Below, in pieces: positions 48,983 to 58,739 of a stretch of DNA of 64,000 nucleotides. The stretch's first letter is position 1, and every line of letters starts with the position of its first letter. The notes beneath the pieces are model-generated. The model searched no databases. It had not been told where the DNA came from and saw only the letters and a program-made list of their open reading frames with translations. The stretch is from a virus (lineage: Duplodnaviria > Caudoviricetes). The stretch spans positions 1,557 through 65,556 of IMG/VR virus record IMGVR_UViG_3300017783_000013. One strand, written 5' to 3'. The position numbers and the translations under genes were made by a program.

Positions 48983-49609
48983 ATGGCAATTTCAAGTTTA
49001 AGTAGATTTACAGTTCCATTAGCAAGTGACCAGTCAGCCTCAACACAAGGTTTGTTGATGCCGAAACTAAAGTATCGCTTTAGAGTATCACTTGAAAATT
49101 TTGGCGCTGGAAGTCCAAGTGTAGAATTAACGAAGCAAGTCATTGATGTAACCAGACCTAACGTTAACTTTGAATCTGTAGCAATTGATGTTTACAACTC
49201 AAAAGTTTACTATGCTGGTAAACATACATGGCAACCAATAACAATCACTTTAAGAGATGATGTAAATAACTCAGTTAACAAACTGTGTGGTGAGCAACTT
49301 CAGAAGCAATTTGATTTCTTTGAACAATCAAGTGCGGCAAGTGGTGTTGACTACAAGTTCAAAGGCAGAATCGAAATACTTGATGGTGGCAATGGCGCGA
49401 ATGCTCCTAGCGTTCTTGAAACTTTCGAGTTAGTAGGTTGCTTTGTACAAGACATTAACTACAACCAATTATCATACAGCGATTCAAATCCGGTTGATAT
49501 CCAGATGCAGATCCAATACGATAATGCTATTCAAACTAATGGCGCTGGTCAACCAAACGGAATTGGTTCCGCAATTGGTAGAACTATTAGAACGTTAGCA
49601 ACAGGTTAA
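48983..49609 (+). CDS. gp19: tail tube protein
   Basis: Follows the sheath gene; YRFRV, RPNVNF, YYAGKHTWQPITITLRDD and LSYSDS...IQYDNA. Confidence 0.85.
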   Translation: MAISSLSRFTVPLASDQSASTQGLLMPKLKYRFRVSLENFGAGSPSVELTKQVIDVTRPNVNFESVAIDVYNSKVYYAGKHTWQPITITLRDDVNNSVNKLCGEQLQKQFDFFEQSSAASGVDYKFKGRIEILDGGNGANAPSVLETFELVGCFVQDINYNQLSYSDSNPVDIQMQIQYDNAIQTNGAGQPNGIGSAIGRTIRTLATG

Positions 49610-49630
49610 TAGTATAAAAACTATTCTAAG

Positions 49631-49664
49631 AGGTCGGAGACTTAAAACTCTCCGGCCTTTTTTT
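49631..49664 (+). terminator. rho-independent terminator after tail tube
   Basis: Stem AGGTCGGAGA/TCTCCGGCCT (one G-U pair) followed by a T run. Confidence 0.85.
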
Positions 49665-49669
49665 ACGAC

Positions 49670-49675
49670 TAAATA
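49670..49675 (+). promoter_or_regulatory. late promoter core TAAATA, 5 nt before ATG
   Basis: TAAATA-atagt-ATG(49681), directly after the terminator, with no SD. Confidence 0.7.
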
Positions 49676-49680
49676 ATAGT

Positions 49681-50820
49681 ATGGCTAAGTTAACTAAATT
49701 TCTAGGAAATGTTTTCGGCGGTATATTTGGCGGCGAAGGCGACATGCGTGATTATCAACACGCCGCAAGATTGTTTACTGATCAAACAATGAGACTAGCA
49801 CCTAAGGTAGGGTTTCTATATCACGTAACATTTAATATTCAAAATCTTGCAATACGATCACCTAACCGTGCATTTTCCAAAGGTGCACCACAAATTGAAT
49901 GCGGATTATTAGTTAAAGATGTTAAATTGCCCGGAGTGCAAGTTCAAACAGATACAAAAAATCAATACGGTAAGAAAACAAATTATCAAACATCTGTTTC
50001 TTATGCACCTGTTAACATTACCTTTCATGATGATAATGACGGATTAGTAAACGGATTTTGGCAACAATATTTTAAAGCAAATTATAATGATAGTTTATAT
50101 TATCAAGAATTATACAAACAAACACCTTATCAAGATGCTAACTTTGTTAAGTTTGGTATGAACAGTGATAGAAATGTAAATTTCTTTCAACCTGAAGGTA
50201 TAAGCATTTATCAATTAGCAAGACATCAGTTTTCAGAGTTTACTTTAATTAATCCTATGATTCAAAGTTGGGATCCACCGAGTATGACATCCGGCGATAG
50301 TCAACCAAGAGAAAATCAAATGGTTGTAATATACGAAGGTATAAAATATGCAACAGGAAGAATTACAACAGACAATCCTACAGGATTCGCAACACTGCAC
50401 TATGACAGAACACCGTCACCATTAAGTGTAATGGGAGGCGGCACAGCAGGATTTTTTGGGGCAGGTGGTGTACTAGCAGGCGGCCTAGATGTGTTTGGTG
50501 ACATTGCTAGTGGCGATGCTTTTGCAAATCCTTTTGCGTTAATTGGAACAGCGATTAAGGCAAAAAATACAGTTGAGAATGCAAAACAACTTACCAAAGA
50601 AGGTGTACGTAGAGAAGTACAAGGAATTACAGAAAAAAGTTTAGTTAATAGTGCTAGACAAACAATAGATCAAAAAGGTGTTGATAAATTTGATAATGCA
50701 AAAAGAACGAAAGCAAACGTAGGTAATCCATCAGGTGCCTCCGGCCAACTTACAAATAATAATACCACTGGAACGAATACCACTGGAACGACTACTTCTA
50801 ATCAAGGACAGGTAAATTAA
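49681..50820 (+). CDS. tube-like baseplate/tail tube initiator (gp54/gp19 fold)
   Basis: VKDVKLP...NQYGKK....V.Y.PVNITFHDD tube-fold pattern, followed by a Gly-rich and low-complexity tail. Confidence 0.6.
   Translation: MAKLTKFLGNVFGGIFGGEGDMRDYQHAARLFTDQTMRLAPKVGFLYHVTFNIQNLAIRSPNRAFSKGAPQIECGLLVKDVKLPGVQVQTDTKNQYGKKTNYQTSVSYAPVNITFHDDNDGLVNGFWQQYFKANYNDSLYYQELYKQTPYQDANFVKFGMNSDRNVNFFQPEGISIYQLARHQFSEFTLINPMIQSWDPPSMTSGDSQPRENQMVVIYEGIKYATGRITTDNPTGFATLHYDRTPSPLSVMGGGTAGFFGAGGVLAGGLDVFGDIASGDAFANPFALIGTAIKAKNTVENAKQLTKEGVRREVQGITEKSLVNSARQTIDQKGVDKFDNAKRTKANVGNPSGASGQLTNNNTTGTNTTGTTTSNQGQVN
50761..50790 (+). repeat. 15 bp direct tandem duplication
   Basis: AATACCACTGGAACG twice, in frame (NTTGT x2). 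Confidence 0.85.
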
Positions 50821-50821
50821 C

Positions 50822-51205
50822 ATGGCTTCAAATATATATACAACAGCAGATCAAACAAATTCAAATAATAGTAGTCAAGCAACAACAGACTTTTTTAACA
50901 ATTATAATAAACAAGAAGTTAATTTAAAAACATCTGATGTATCTGCATTTGTTGATTTATTAACTAATAAAGGTATGGCAGAACAAACTGCTCAAGAAAC
51001 TACAAATATTATTTTAAAACAATGTAACATTGATGAAGTAGATCCAATGACAGTGTTTGATGAACTAAGACAAACTACTAAGATGGAACTTACTGATTTA
51101 CTAGGTGAAATTTTAAACATTAACAGACCTAAATCAAGTACATTAGGAACAGCAAAACAAAAAGTTACTAATAGTGCTAAACGAAATATTATTGACGGAG
51201 CATAA
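50822..51205 (+). CDS. hypothetical protein
   Basis: 127 aa, tightly packed between the baseplate gene and gp4. Confidence 0.65.
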   Translation: MASNIYTTADQTNSNNSSQATTDFFNNYNKQEVNLKTSDVSAFVDLLTNKGMAEQTAQETTNIILKQCNIDEVDPMTVFDELRQTTKMELTDLLGEILNINRPKSSTLGTAKQKVTNSAKRNIIDGA

Positions 51206-51207
51206 CC

Positions 51208-51645
51208 ATGGCTCTAAAATTTGCCCAAGGAAGATACGATCTTAAAAATCCTGACAAATATATAGGAACTAAAACACCTATGTATCGTAGTAGTTGGGAA
51301 TGGCATTTTATGAAGTTGTGCGACGAACATCCTGCCATTGCAAAATGGGCAAGTGAAAGTATTAAAATTCCTTATAGAGATCCATTAACAGGAAAGTATA
51401 CAGTATATGTTCCGGACTTTTTTATTGTATATAGTAATAAAAAAGGAAAAACAAAAGCAGAACTAATTGAAATCAAACCAGAGAATCAAACACTTCGAGA
51501 ACGAGTGGGCAAAAGTCAATATAATCAAGCACAGTATATTAAAAACAAAGCAAAGTGGGAAGCCGCTTCTAAATATGCAAAACAAAATGGAATATTTTTT
51601 AGGATTGTTACAGAAAAAGATTTGTTCCATACAGGTAAGAGATAA
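51208..51645 (+). CDS. gp4: head completion nuclease (T4 gp4, TnsA-like)
   Basis: NPDKYIG, YRSSWE, WASE..IPY, YVPDF, EIKP, NKAKWEAA and TEKD. Confidence 0.85.
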   Translation: MALKFAQGRYDLKNPDKYIGTKTPMYRSSWEWHFMKLCDEHPAIAKWASESIKIPYRDPLTGKYTVYVPDFFIVYSNKKGKTKAELIEIKPENQTLRERVGKSQYNQAQYIKNKAKWEAASKYAKQNGIFFRIVTEKDLFHTGKR

Positions 51646-51653
51646 GTACTACT

Positions 51654-52145
51654 ATGACAAAGAAATTAGAAGAATTACTTGATCTTCCAGAAGTCAAAGA
51701 AACAATGGAACAAGTACAAGAACCAAAACAAGAACAAGCGCCGACTAAACAGGTTCAAAAAATGGAACGTAGCATGGCCGAATTTGATAAAATTTCAGCC
51801 GCTCTTCCAATGGTAAAAGGTTTAGGCGAACTTGCGGATAAAGAACTTGACGAACTTGCAGACAAGGCAAAAACAACGTATGAAGATCTAATGGATTTAG
51901 GCATGAACGTAGAATCACGTTATGCTGGCCGTGTTTTTGAAGTCGCAGTAGGTAGTTTAAAGAATGCTATCGATGCTAAAAGTGCTAAACTAGATAAAAA
52001 ACTAAAAATGGTCGAATTGCAACTTAAAAAGCAACAAATTGACCAAAAAGCAGGCGACACAACAAATACACTAGATAGTGAGGGTGTTATCATCGACAGA
52101 AACTCACTCATACAAGAGATTTTAAACAAGCAAGAAGATAAATAA
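51654..52145 (+). CDS. probable terminase small subunit
   Basis: Helical 163 aa protein with DLMDLG...GRVFEVA and a terminal DRNSL; upstream of the large terminase; preceded by TAAGTA-N5-ATG. Confidence 0.5.
   Translation: MTKKLEELLDLPEVKETMEQVQEPKQEQAPTKQVQKMERSMAEFDKISAALPMVKGLGELADKELDELADKAKTTYEDLMDLGMNVESRYAGRVFEVAVGSLKNAIDAKSAKLDKKLKMVELQLKKQQIDQKAGDTTNTLDSEGVIIDRNSLIQEILNKQEDK
52139..52144 (+). promoter_or_regulatory. late promoter core TAAATA
   Basis: GATAAATA before the AGGAG SD of 52165. Confidence 0.5.
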
Positions 52146-52164
52146 CTATACATTAGGAGTAATC

Positions 52165-52665
52165 ATGAGTTTTAAAAAATATCTATCAGAAGCAAATAAG
52201 CAATATGATTTTATCATTAAAGTTGCTGGAGAATTACCAGAGAATTTTGAAGATAGAATGGAAACTGCTTTGAAAAAATATGAAATTGCAAATCTTACAG
52301 CAGGTAAGAAAACTCCTATTCAAAGTGTACCTTTAGATTTTCCACAAAATACAAATTCAGAAGTTACTGTATATGAAACTACTTTAAACTATCCTACTAC
52401 ACAGGATCAATTAAAACACTACATTGCTAATTTTACAAATATTAGTGTTGAAGATATTAGAGTACGTAAACCAGGCGAACCATATGAAGAATATCAAAAA
52501 GAAAATGAAGACACAACATATGAATCAAAACTTATGGATGGCGAATATAAGTATGACGGACCTGAAGTTAACAAAGATGATTTAAATGTCACTGAAAAAG
52601 GTAAAGAAACATTCCTACAAACTCTTGCTAAAGAAGCAAAAGATAGACAAAAAGAAGAAGGTTAA
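52165..52665 (+). CDS. putative head-internal protein
   Basis: N-terminus MSFKKYLSE resembles the T4 internal-protein capsid targeting sequence (MKTYQEFIAE type). Confidence 0.55.
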   Translation: MSFKKYLSEANKQYDFIIKVAGELPENFEDRMETALKKYEIANLTAGKKTPIQSVPLDFPQNTNSEVTVYETTLNYPTTQDQLKHYIANFTNISVEDIRVRKPGEPYEEYQKENEDTTYESKLMDGEYKYDGPEVNKDDLNVTEKGKETFLQTLAKEAKDRQKEEG

Positions 52666-52669
52666 TACT

Positions 52670-54136
52670 ATGGCTACACATGAAATGATTGACGTTATTA
52701 CTAAATTAAAAAGTTTAGGTTATTACAACGAAGGCTTAAATGAAGCAAAAGATGCAATTTGTAAACATTGCGGATGTCATTTTGATAGACCAGATAAAGA
52801 TTGTGATTGTGCCCATGATGGCGCTGATCCATCCGACGACTGTTGGGTAACACCTGAAGCATATAAAAATATGAATGAAGGCAAAAAGAAGATGGTAAAA
52901 GATCCTAAGACAGGTAAAATGGTTCCGGATTATGCTATTGACGGTAAAGGCAAAGACGATCTTAAAAAAGAAGATATTAAAGAAGCAATTACAATTACTG
53001 CTGATTCACCAGAGGATTTACCTGCACTACAAAGAATTATGAAACTTGCTGGTATGGAACCAGTAGGACAAGACATGATGCCACAAAGCGATGCACCACA
53101 CATGAGTATGAAAAGTGATGGCGACATTAATGCTAATGACGATTGTGGTTGTGAAGATGAAACACCAGAAGGCTTTGCTAACTCAATGGGCAAAGAAAAA
53201 GATCAAGAAAAATATAGCGTAGACAGTTTAGAAAAACAATACGGCAAAACAGAAATTAAGAAATTACCTCGTAAATTTTCAATGCGAGGCGACAATCCAC
53301 TCGAAGATGTCGAAGAGGCATTACGCCAAGAATACATTACATTTGTTAACGAAAGTGCAGACGTAAAAAAAAAGACTGACCTCTCTGAACAACAACTAAA
53401 CGAAATAGCATTTGTTGCTCCTCTTATTTGGGGGTTACGAATCGGTTCAGCAGTTGCTACGGCATACTTCAGTTATGCGGCAATACAAAAACTAATAAAA
53501 ATGTATGAAGATGGAAACGGTGATTGGTCTGTTTACATTCAAGCACTTCCTTTTACAGAAGAAACTCCATCAGCAGAGTGCGGAGAGTTCTTTAAACAAA
53601 ATGGTTACGCGAAGGAAGGGTGGTGCAACCTAACTAGTGACTTTGGCAAAGGCCCAGATCAAGCGGCAGTAGCATTAATACGTAATCTATATATAGATAT
53701 TGCACTTATGTTTGTCGGCGGTGGCGTATATAAACTGTCAAAGAATATGATCAAAAAAGTTAAAGCAAATAAGAAAGCGGCAAAAGATCTAGAAGAAACA
53801 GGCAAAAAACTTGTCGAAGAACTAGCAAAGCAAAAGAAAGTTCCAACTATAAGTTCAGCAAAAGATATTACTAAAGTTAATCAAAGTGTTTTAAAAGGTA
53901 TAGCCGCTGTAAAGAATGCTGATATTATGATGGATGTGCAAGGAAAAATGAGAGTTCTTACTAATCTAAAAACGGGTGAAAAAATATTTTTAGATCCTAC
54001 TAATCCTAAAGTTGCAAATTTACTAAAAAGATTAGAAAAATTTGACGGTAATACTGATGTTACTAGTATGTTTAATACGCTTAAAAAATATCAACCTAGT
54101 AATGTATCGCCGTCCGGCATTATTTTGCCAAAGTAA
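52670..54136 (+). CDS. putative prohead core/internal polyprotein with slippery site
   Basis: Probable start MATHEM at 52670. Acidic N-half with repeated (L/I/V/M)xE sites and an RIMKLAG motif; A9 run at 53365-53373; hydrophobic and basic C-half. Confidence 0.65.
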   Translation: MATHEMIDVITKLKSLGYYNEGLNEAKDAICKHCGCHFDRPDKDCDCAHDGADPSDDCWVTPEAYKNMNEGKKKMVKDPKTGKMVPDYAIDGKGKDDLKKEDIKEAITITADSPEDLPALQRIMKLAGMEPVGQDMMPQSDAPHMSMKSDGDINANDDCGCEDETPEGFANSMGKEKDQEKYSVDSLEKQYGKTEIKKLPRKFSMRGDNPLEDVEEALRQEYITFVNESADVKKKTDLSEQQLNEIAFVAPLIWGLRIGSAVATAYFSYAAIQKLIKMYEDGNGDWSVYIQALPFTEETPSAECGEFFKQNGYAKEGWCNLTSDFGKGPDQAAVALIRNLYIDIALMFVGGGVYKLSKNMIKKVKANKKAAKDLEETGKKLVEELAKQKKVPTISSAKDITKVNQSVLKGIAAVKNADIMMDVQGKMRVLTNLKTGEKIFLDPTNPKVANLLKRLEKFDGNTDVTSMFNTLKKYQPSNVSPSGIILPK

Positions 54137-54158
54137 TTACTACCCATTTAAAACCCAC

Positions 54159-54164
54159 TAAATA
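54159..54164 (+). promoter_or_regulatory. late promoter core TAAATA, 5 nt before ATG
   Basis: TAAATA-ctagt-ATG(54170). Confidence 0.65.
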
Positions 54165-54169
54165 CTAGT

Positions 54170-55759
54170 ATGGCACAACAAGCAAAAAGTCTAGACGGCG
54201 TACTTGTTAAAAAAGCACACTCGAAGACTAGATATACAAAAGAACAAATTGAAGACCTAAAAGCCTGTATGGATCCCATAACAGGTGCAAAGTTTTTCAT
54301 GGATAACTTCTTTTATATACAACATCCTACGCAAGGTAAATTGTTGTTTCAACCTTTTGAATTTCAAGAAAGGTTAGTAAACTCATATCACAATCATAGA
54401 TTTAATATTAATATGTTACCTAGACAAACAGGTAAAAGTACAACAGCGGCAGGTTATTTGTTGTGGTATGCAATGTTTAATCCTGATGTAACTGTGCTTA
54501 TTGCGGCACACAAATATGCAGGTGCCCAAGAAATTATGCATCGTATTCGTTATGCTTACGAAGACTGTCCAGATCATATTAGATGTGGTGTAACTTCATA
54601 TAACAAAGGGTCAATGGAATTTGATAACGGATCACGTATTGTATCACAAACAACAACAGACAATACAGGACGTGGTATGTCCATATCATTATTGTACTGT
54701 GATGAGTTTGCATTTGTTAATCCTACTATTGCCAAAGAATTCTGGACTGCAATTTCACCAACACTAGCAACAGGTGGTAAAGCAATTATTACTTCTACTC
54801 CAAACAGTGACGAAGATCAATTTGCACTTATTTGGACAGAAGCAATGAAACGGTTTGACGAACATGGCAATGATACAGAAGTAGGTGTTAACGGGTTTTT
54901 TGCTTTTACTGCTCATTGGAGTGAACATCCAGATAGAGATGACGCATGGGCCGCAGAAGAAAAATCACGTATTGGTGAAGAACGTTTTAGACGTGAGCAT
55001 GAATGTGAATTCTTAATCTTTGATGAAACATTAATTAATTCAGTACGTCTTGCCGAACTTGAAGGACAAGATCCTTCTAAAAAGTTTGGACAAACAAGAT
55101 GGTATAAGGAATGCGATGACAGAATGACATATGTTGTTAGCATGGATCCAAGTTTAGGAACAGGAGGTGATTACGCGGCCATTGAAGTATTTGAGTTGCC
55201 AACGTTTGAACAAGTAGCAGAATGGCAACACAATCTAACACCAATACAAGGGCAAATTAGAATTCTTGCTGATATCACTAGAACAATAAAAGAACAGTGT
55301 GAAGAAAAGAATGGACGATTGCCTCAAGTATACTACTCAATTGAAAATAACGCCATAGGCGAAGCGGCACTTGTTTCAGTTAAAGACTACGGTGAAGAAA
55401 ACATTTACGGTATGTTTTTAAGTGAACCTATTAGAAAAGGGCATGTGCGTAAATTTAGAAAAGGATTCAATACTACACATAAAACAAAAATGAGTGCTTG
55501 TGCAAAATTCAAGTTCTTGTTAGAGCAGAGTAAACTTAAGATACGCAGTAAACCACTTATAAGTGAACTTAAGGCATTTGTAGCACACGGTACAACATTT
55601 GGTGCTAAGACAGGCGAGCATGACGATTTAGTTAGTGCTACACTATTAAATGTACGTATGCAACAGATATTAGCCGACTGGGATCCTGCGATATATGAAA
55701 AAATGAAGGATATTAATTCAGAAACGATACTACCAATGCCGGTATTTGTTTCGTACTAA
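54170..55759 (+). CDS. gp17: terminase large subunit
   Basis: PRQTGKST Walker A, LLYCDEFAF Walker B, ITSTPN, FRREHECEF, SMDPSLG.GGDY and HDDLV. Confidence 0.95.
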   Translation: MAQQAKSLDGVLVKKAHSKTRYTKEQIEDLKACMDPITGAKFFMDNFFYIQHPTQGKLLFQPFEFQERLVNSYHNHRFNINMLPRQTGKSTTAAGYLLWYAMFNPDVTVLIAAHKYAGAQEIMHRIRYAYEDCPDHIRCGVTSYNKGSMEFDNGSRIVSQTTTDNTGRGMSISLLYCDEFAFVNPTIAKEFWTAISPTLATGGKAIITSTPNSDEDQFALIWTEAMKRFDEHGNDTEVGVNGFFAFTAHWSEHPDRDDAWAAEEKSRIGEERFRREHECEFLIFDETLINSVRLAELEGQDPSKKFGQTRWYKECDDRMTYVVSMDPSLGTGGDYAAIEVFELPTFEQVAEWQHNLTPIQGQIRILADITRTIKEQCEEKNGRLPQVYYSIENNAIGEAALVSVKDYGEENIYGMFLSEPIRKGHVRKFRKGFNTTHKTKMSACAKFKFLLEQSKLKIRSKPLISELKAFVAHGTTFGAKTGEHDDLVSATLLNVRMQQILADWDPAIYEKMKDINSETILPMPVFVSY

Positions 55760-55762
55760 TAG

Positions 55763-55770
55763 TATAAATA
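55763..55770 (+). promoter_or_regulatory. T4 late promoter TATAAATA, 5 nt before ATG
   Basis: TATAAATA-catac-ATG(55776). Confidence 0.8.
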
Positions 55771-55775
55771 CATAC

Positions 55776-57983
55776 ATGAAGGGTTTAAATTCAATAGCAT
55801 CATCATTATTTGAGAAGATTCGTTCTCGTTTTCCACGTATCGAAATGGGAGATGAAAACGGGGCACCAACTAGTGAGGAAAGCCAAGCAAGATTTTTCGA
55901 TTTTGACTACGTTGTTAACAATGAAAATCAAGGTGCTGTAAGCATCAGTATTAAGGATCCAGATACACTAAAACTGTATTACAGCCAGGGAATGCTAGAG
56001 AATGCCAATGAAGCAGTTGAAAACGCTTGGTATAATTTTTTAAAAGAAATGCGGTTTTTTAGTAAGAAACACTTAATGGGGTTTGATGCTAAAGATATTG
56101 CTAAATCAAATTTAGATAAAAGAGATTATAAATATCTAAGTAATAACGTTCAGGAGACAGCGATGTATGGAAGTACAAAGTCTAGTTACGAAAACTTAGA
56201 CAAAACAAAACTAATTATAAGACACAAAAAAGAAATTAATGCAGAACAAATGGGTGCTAGAGCACGTAATATTCAAACATTATTCATTGAAAATGATTCA
56301 GGCGAACGTTTTAAATATCCATTTAATCATTTAGCAGGTGCTAGAGCAATGGCTCGACATGTTGCTAATGGCGGCGTTCCACATGACGAATTTGGTTCAC
56401 ACATTATTGAAACTTCTGGAAATATTGCAAAACTATCCACATTCAAACGTTATGTACAACACAAAGACTTCATGAATACTACTTCAAATGATATTATTGA
56501 AGGCGCTCAGGTTGAACTTGATAATTTAAGAACACACGTTAAAAAGTTACAATCACAAGCATACTACACACAGCAAAAAGAAAACTTTATGCCTCTGGGT
56601 GCAGGGGACAGTGAATTGGGAGAAGACATTGTAAATGATCTTACCAATGCTTTTACAATACCACAGTTCAATCAAGATTTAACAGATATGTTTCCATTAC
56701 TACATAAGATTCAACAAAGACGTATTAGCGAAACTACAGTTAGTTTAGATGATGTGTTAGATGAAAGTAATGACGCAATTATCTTTAAAGGCAAAGAGAT
56801 TGACACAGATACTATCGAATACGATATGCAAGATTTTAGTGATATGATCTTTGTTACAGATATTGGTGTAAAATACACAGACGGCACAGAAGTAGATGAT
56901 GCAGACATGGCAGAGTTAGAAGAACTTCCTGCATATATAGATTGGGTTTATCAAGACTACAATGACAGAATGGCCGACCAAGCAGACATGTATAGAGATG
57001 CACAAAGGCACGGTGATTTTGAATCAATTAATACTCCTGAAGACGATTTTGAATCATGGGCAGAATCAGTTGTCGATGAAACAATTGACAAACAAAAAAT
57101 TGCTATCTTAAATAAAATGATAGATAAAAACCTACCAGTAGGTCCAGACGGAACAAATGCAATTAGTAGCCTTGAAGGTATTATTGATGAAGAAACTTTT
57201 AAGAAAGATATAATTGCTCTTGCAGATAATGATGCAGATGCAGATGCAAGACCACTAATACAATCATATATTAAAAATAATATGCCTAATATACTAGGAC
57301 AGTTAGATTTTGGTGATATGAAAGAAGACGATACTACAGATGTAACTATTGACAAAGACGGTGCTATGTCTCTCCCAGGCAACGAAAAAGAAGAAGAGCC
57401 TAAAGACAAAAAAGCAAGTACCGAAGAAGTCATTGAGTTTGTACGCTCATTCTATGATAAAGAAACTGGGGCGTTTCCAAAAGGTGAAACTGGAGTGGTA
57501 ATATCCGCTCGTAAGCGTTTTGGCGATTCCGTAGGGGATCTAGTCGAGAAGTTTGTATCCAAACTATCAGGTAACGAGGTACAAGTTGAAGACGACGATG
57601 TTAGTGAAGCAATTCCATATATGTACAAGTTACAAAAAGATGGAAAAAGTGTAGACGAGATTGCTAAAGAACTTGGCATGAAACCCGAAGATGTTGTACA
57701 AGCAATGAAAAAATCTAAAGATGTTAGCGAAGGCGGCAGTGCTTATGATATAGCGTCGACAGATTGTGAAAAAATAGTTGACGATGCAAGTACTGTGCAA
57801 GATGCTATCGAAGACATTGAAAAGTTAAAATCTAGTCAAGACGACGATGCAGATGGCAACTATGCTAAAAAAGTATGTGATGATTACATTTCTATGTTAA
57901 AAGAAAAAGGGTTACAAGCAGTACAAATGACTAACGCGACTAACGAAGAATTAGCACGTATCAAAGAACTAGCCGGATTATAA
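55776..57983 (+). CDS. large acidic putative head-internal/core polyprotein
   Basis: Probable start MKGLNS at 55776. Globular N-region (GERFKYPFNHLAGARAMARH), then modules separated by xxE sites; ends NEELARIKELAGL. Confidence 0.65.
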   Translation: MKGLNSIASSLFEKIRSRFPRIEMGDENGAPTSEESQARFFDFDYVVNNENQGAVSISIKDPDTLKLYYSQGMLENANEAVENAWYNFLKEMRFFSKKHLMGFDAKDIAKSNLDKRDYKYLSNNVQETAMYGSTKSSYENLDKTKLIIRHKKEINAEQMGARARNIQTLFIENDSGERFKYPFNHLAGARAMARHVANGGVPHDEFGSHIIETSGNIAKLSTFKRYVQHKDFMNTTSNDIIEGAQVELDNLRTHVKKLQSQAYYTQQKENFMPLGAGDSELGEDIVNDLTNAFTIPQFNQDLTDMFPLLHKIQQRRISETTVSLDDVLDESNDAIIFKGKEIDTDTIEYDMQDFSDMIFVTDIGVKYTDGTEVDDADMAELEELPAYIDWVYQDYNDRMADQADMYRDAQRHGDFESINTPEDDFESWAESVVDETIDKQKIAILNKMIDKNLPVGPDGTNAISSLEGIIDEETFKKDIIALADNDADADARPLIQSYIKNNMPNILGQLDFGDMKEDDTTDVTIDKDGAMSLPGNEKEEEPKDKKASTEEVIEFVRSFYDKETGAFPKGETGVVISARKRFGDSVGDLVEKFVSKLSGNEVQVEDDDVSEAIPYMYKLQKDGKSVDEIAKELGMKPEDVVQAMKKSKDVSEGGSAYDIASTDCEKIVDDASTVQDAIEDIEKLKSSQDDDADGNYAKKVCDDYISMLKEKGLQAVQMTNATNEELARIKELAGL

Positions 57984-58003
57984 CACCCATTAAAAATATA
58001 AGT

Positions 58004-58009
58004 TAAATA
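58004..58009 (+). promoter_or_regulatory. late promoter core TAAATA, 5 nt before ATG
   Basis: TAAATA-cttgc-ATG(58015). Confidence 0.6.
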
Positions 58010-58014
58010 CTTGC

Positions 58015-58623
58015 ATGTACAAAGTATTTGACAACGTATTACCCAACACTATGCAGGATCACCTGCAAATGGTTTTTGAAGATCCTAATGTCCAATGGTT
58101 ATGGCAACAAAACACAAGTGGTTTTGCAGATTGGGAACTTAACTATCTAGCCAACAATAAAGACATAAAAGAATCTCCACAGTTTGTGCATACAATATTA
58201 GATCCAGCAAACAATATAACTTGTTATACATGGGAAATGGTTAAGCCTATCTTTTACTTTTTGGAAAAAGAAACAGGATTAACAATTAAATCTATCGAAC
58301 GTGTAAAAAGTAATTTAATGATACCCGACGGAACTGATCCAACTACAACATACAATCCTCCACATATTGATAGTCCACAAGACGAAAGCATGAGCATGAT
58401 TTACTATCTTCATGATAGTAGTGGTGCAACAAGGCTTTTCAAAAATTCTTTAAAGCAAGGATTAGGAGATCTAGAAATTGAACAAGAAATAGAAGCAAAA
58501 AAGGGACGTTGTTTCATTTTTCCAAGCAACCGTTTCCATGCTAGTTCTAACCCAAGTTCAGATGTTTTAAGAAGAATGATTATTAATTTTGTGTTTACAC
58601 CACAAAATAATCCACTTTGGTAA
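58015..58623 (+). CDS. 2OG-Fe(II) oxygenase
   Basis: PHID (HxD), MIYYL.DS.G.T, FPS..FHASS.P and R.IINF. Confidence 0.8.
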   Translation: MYKVFDNVLPNTMQDHLQMVFEDPNVQWLWQQNTSGFADWELNYLANNKDIKESPQFVHTILDPANNITCYTWEMVKPIFYFLEKETGLTIKSIERVKSNLMIPDGTDPTTTYNPPHIDSPQDESMSMIYYLHDSSGATRLFKNSLKQGLGDLEIEQEIEAKKGRCFIFPSNRFHASSNPSSDVLRRMIINFVFTPQNNPLW

Positions 58624-58642
58624 ACAAACTTCTAAATTAAAC

Positions 58643-58671
58643 TTGACTTTTACGTCAAGACTAAATATAAT
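58643..58671 (+). promoter_or_regulatory. overlapping sigma70 and late promoters for gp32
   Basis: TTGACT(58643-48), 17 bp spacer, TATAAT(58666-71), with TAAATA at 58662-67. Confidence 0.75.
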
Positions 58672-58739
58672 AGTAGATAGTTGTTAGAGATTATCTACCA
58701 ACAGGCACATAAAGGCAAAACAAATAGGAGGCTTATATT

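Noticed and set aside
58673-58704. H-type pseudoknot in the gp32 leader (loop TTGTT with downstream AACAG)
   Set aside because: It would require a 1 nt linker to span an 8 bp stem, which is sterically unlikely; only the hairpin is reported.
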